NCBI GenBank assembly: GCA_963836075.1
Contig: CAWIIB010000001.1
Span: 128,001 to 192,000, forward strand
Direction: 5' to 3'
DNA from: an uncultured Acidobacteriota bacterium
GTDB taxonomy: Bacteria; Acidobacteriota; JAQAZP01
Length of the DNA stretch: 64,000 nt
The notes under the pieces are model-generated. The model was not told the origin of the DNA and ran no database searches. It worked only from the letters and a program-made list of their open reading frames with translations. Position numbers and translations under genes: made by a program. Shown in pieces: positions 63,183 to 64,000 of this stretch (position 1 is the stretch's first letter; each line of letters begins with the position of its first letter).

Positions 63183-64000
63183 TCAGACACAGGCGGCAAT
63201 CAGTTGCTCCGCCGAATCGCGGCCCAGGGCCGGGACCGTCTGGCCGTCAAGGACCTGGCGCAGCCACAACTCGGTGGAAATGCGGCTGTAGAGCGAGCGG
63301 TCGAACTCCCCGCGGCTCACCTCCGGGGGGCGCAACAGGCCGGCCATCTCCCGGCGTTCAAAAGCCTCCCCCAGCTCTCCGGCCCACTGCCGCAGTTCCC
63401 CGGTAAACCAGTCGGAGATGGGGACCACCAGCCCCAGTTTGTCCGTGCGGTGGATCACGGCGTCGGGCACGATCCCCCGTGCGGCGCGGCGCAGAATATA
63501 CTTGGTGGTCAGCTCCCGGACCTTCATCTCCGGGGGCAGCCGGAAAGCGAATTCGACGATGCGGTGGTCGAGAAACGGGGTGCGGTTTTCCAGGCCGAAG
63601 GCCGAAGCCGCCCGGTCGTTCATGGTGATCAGCGGGGGCAGGTTGATGGCGATATCACAGGCGCCCATCTGATCGATGAGGTGCCGCCGGCCGGCAAAGA
63701 GCTCGCGCACCGTCTGCAGGGTGGAACCGTCAGAGGGTTCGCCGCGCCGGATCATCCGGTGGTAGCGCCGGCAGGGCTCCCCGAACAGCTCCGGCCCCCA
63801 GAACCAGCGGGCCAGCGAGTGGTAGTTGCGCAGTTCCGCCCGACGGCCCAGACGATCCTCCTCCAGCATCAGCAGGTAGCGGACGTAGCCCCCGAACAGC
63901 TCGTCGGCACCCTGGCCGCCCAGCACCACCTTGACCTGACGGCTGGCCAGCGCGGCCAGGGAGAATTCGGCGATGCTGGACGCCGTGGCGGCGGGCTGGT
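63183..64000 (-). CDS. asnB: Asparagine synthase (glutamine-hydrolysing) family, C-terminal part; 5' end outside the window
   Basis: VKVVLGGQGADELFGGY, DRAASAFGLENRTPFLDHR and KYILR motifs. Confidence 0.9.
   Translation of the reverse strand, partial: QPAATASSIAEFSLAALASRQVKVVLGGQGADELFGGYVRYLLMLEEDRLGRRAELRNYHSLARWFWGPELFGEPCRRYHRMIRRGEPSDGSTLQTVRELFAGRRHLIDQMGACDIAINLPPLITMNDRAASAFGLENRTPFLDHRIVEFAFRLPPEMKVRELTTKYILRRAARGIVPDAVIHRTDKLGLVVPISDWFTGELRQWAGELGEAFERREMAGLLRPPEVSRGEFDRSLYSRISTELWLRQVLDGQTVPALGRDSAEQLIAACV

Noticed and set aside
62171-64000. asnB-like gene plus hydrolase as a lasso-peptide/RiPP cluster
   Set aside because: No precursor, B protein or RRE is visible in the window; the fragment looks like an ordinary AsnB-family amidotransferase, often polysaccharide-associated.
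1-64000. CRISPR arrays, IS elements, prophage or anti-phage defence genes
   Set aside because: No regularly spaced repeats, and no transposase, integrase, phage structural or recognisable defence domains were seen.

Overview
High-GC bacterial chromosomal segment, most likely from the Acidobacteriota. This is inferred from the GWxTD protein, the acidobacterial VWFA-related protein, the Oar-like TonB-dependent receptor and DUF6677. It is mainly core genome: miaA-hfq, trpS, der, merR-tRNAPro-surE-pcm, apt, lepB, nadB, rnpB, aroB-TPR-lolB-like-ispE-tRNAGln-prs-rplY-pth and rpsF-rpsR-DUF2232-rplI, with four tRNAs. Many cell-envelope genes are interspersed. I saw no integrase, transposase, phage gene or CRISPR array. 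Four genes carry apparent frameshifts, two of them clearly in G/C homopolymers, which points to long-read indel errors. The most interesting candidates are: (i) an M1 aminopeptidase / Oar-like TBDR / carboxypeptidase-regulatory-TPR / GWxTD envelope module, whose receptor has a long A-rich structured leader; (ii) a surface-glycosylation operon (coiled-coil methyltransferase, GT4 and GT-C sharing an Ig-like C-terminal domain, acyltransferase, polyprenol-P GT2, and a VWA protein apparently starting at ATC); (iii) a Zn-finger-anchored pilin-like protein paired with a true prepilin; (iv) an orphan MglA with a long acidic tail; (v) a LolB-like lipoprotein in the canonical lolB position; (vi) DUF368 in the slot where a DedA-family gene often sits. 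All family assignments come from motif recognition by eye, not from database searches.
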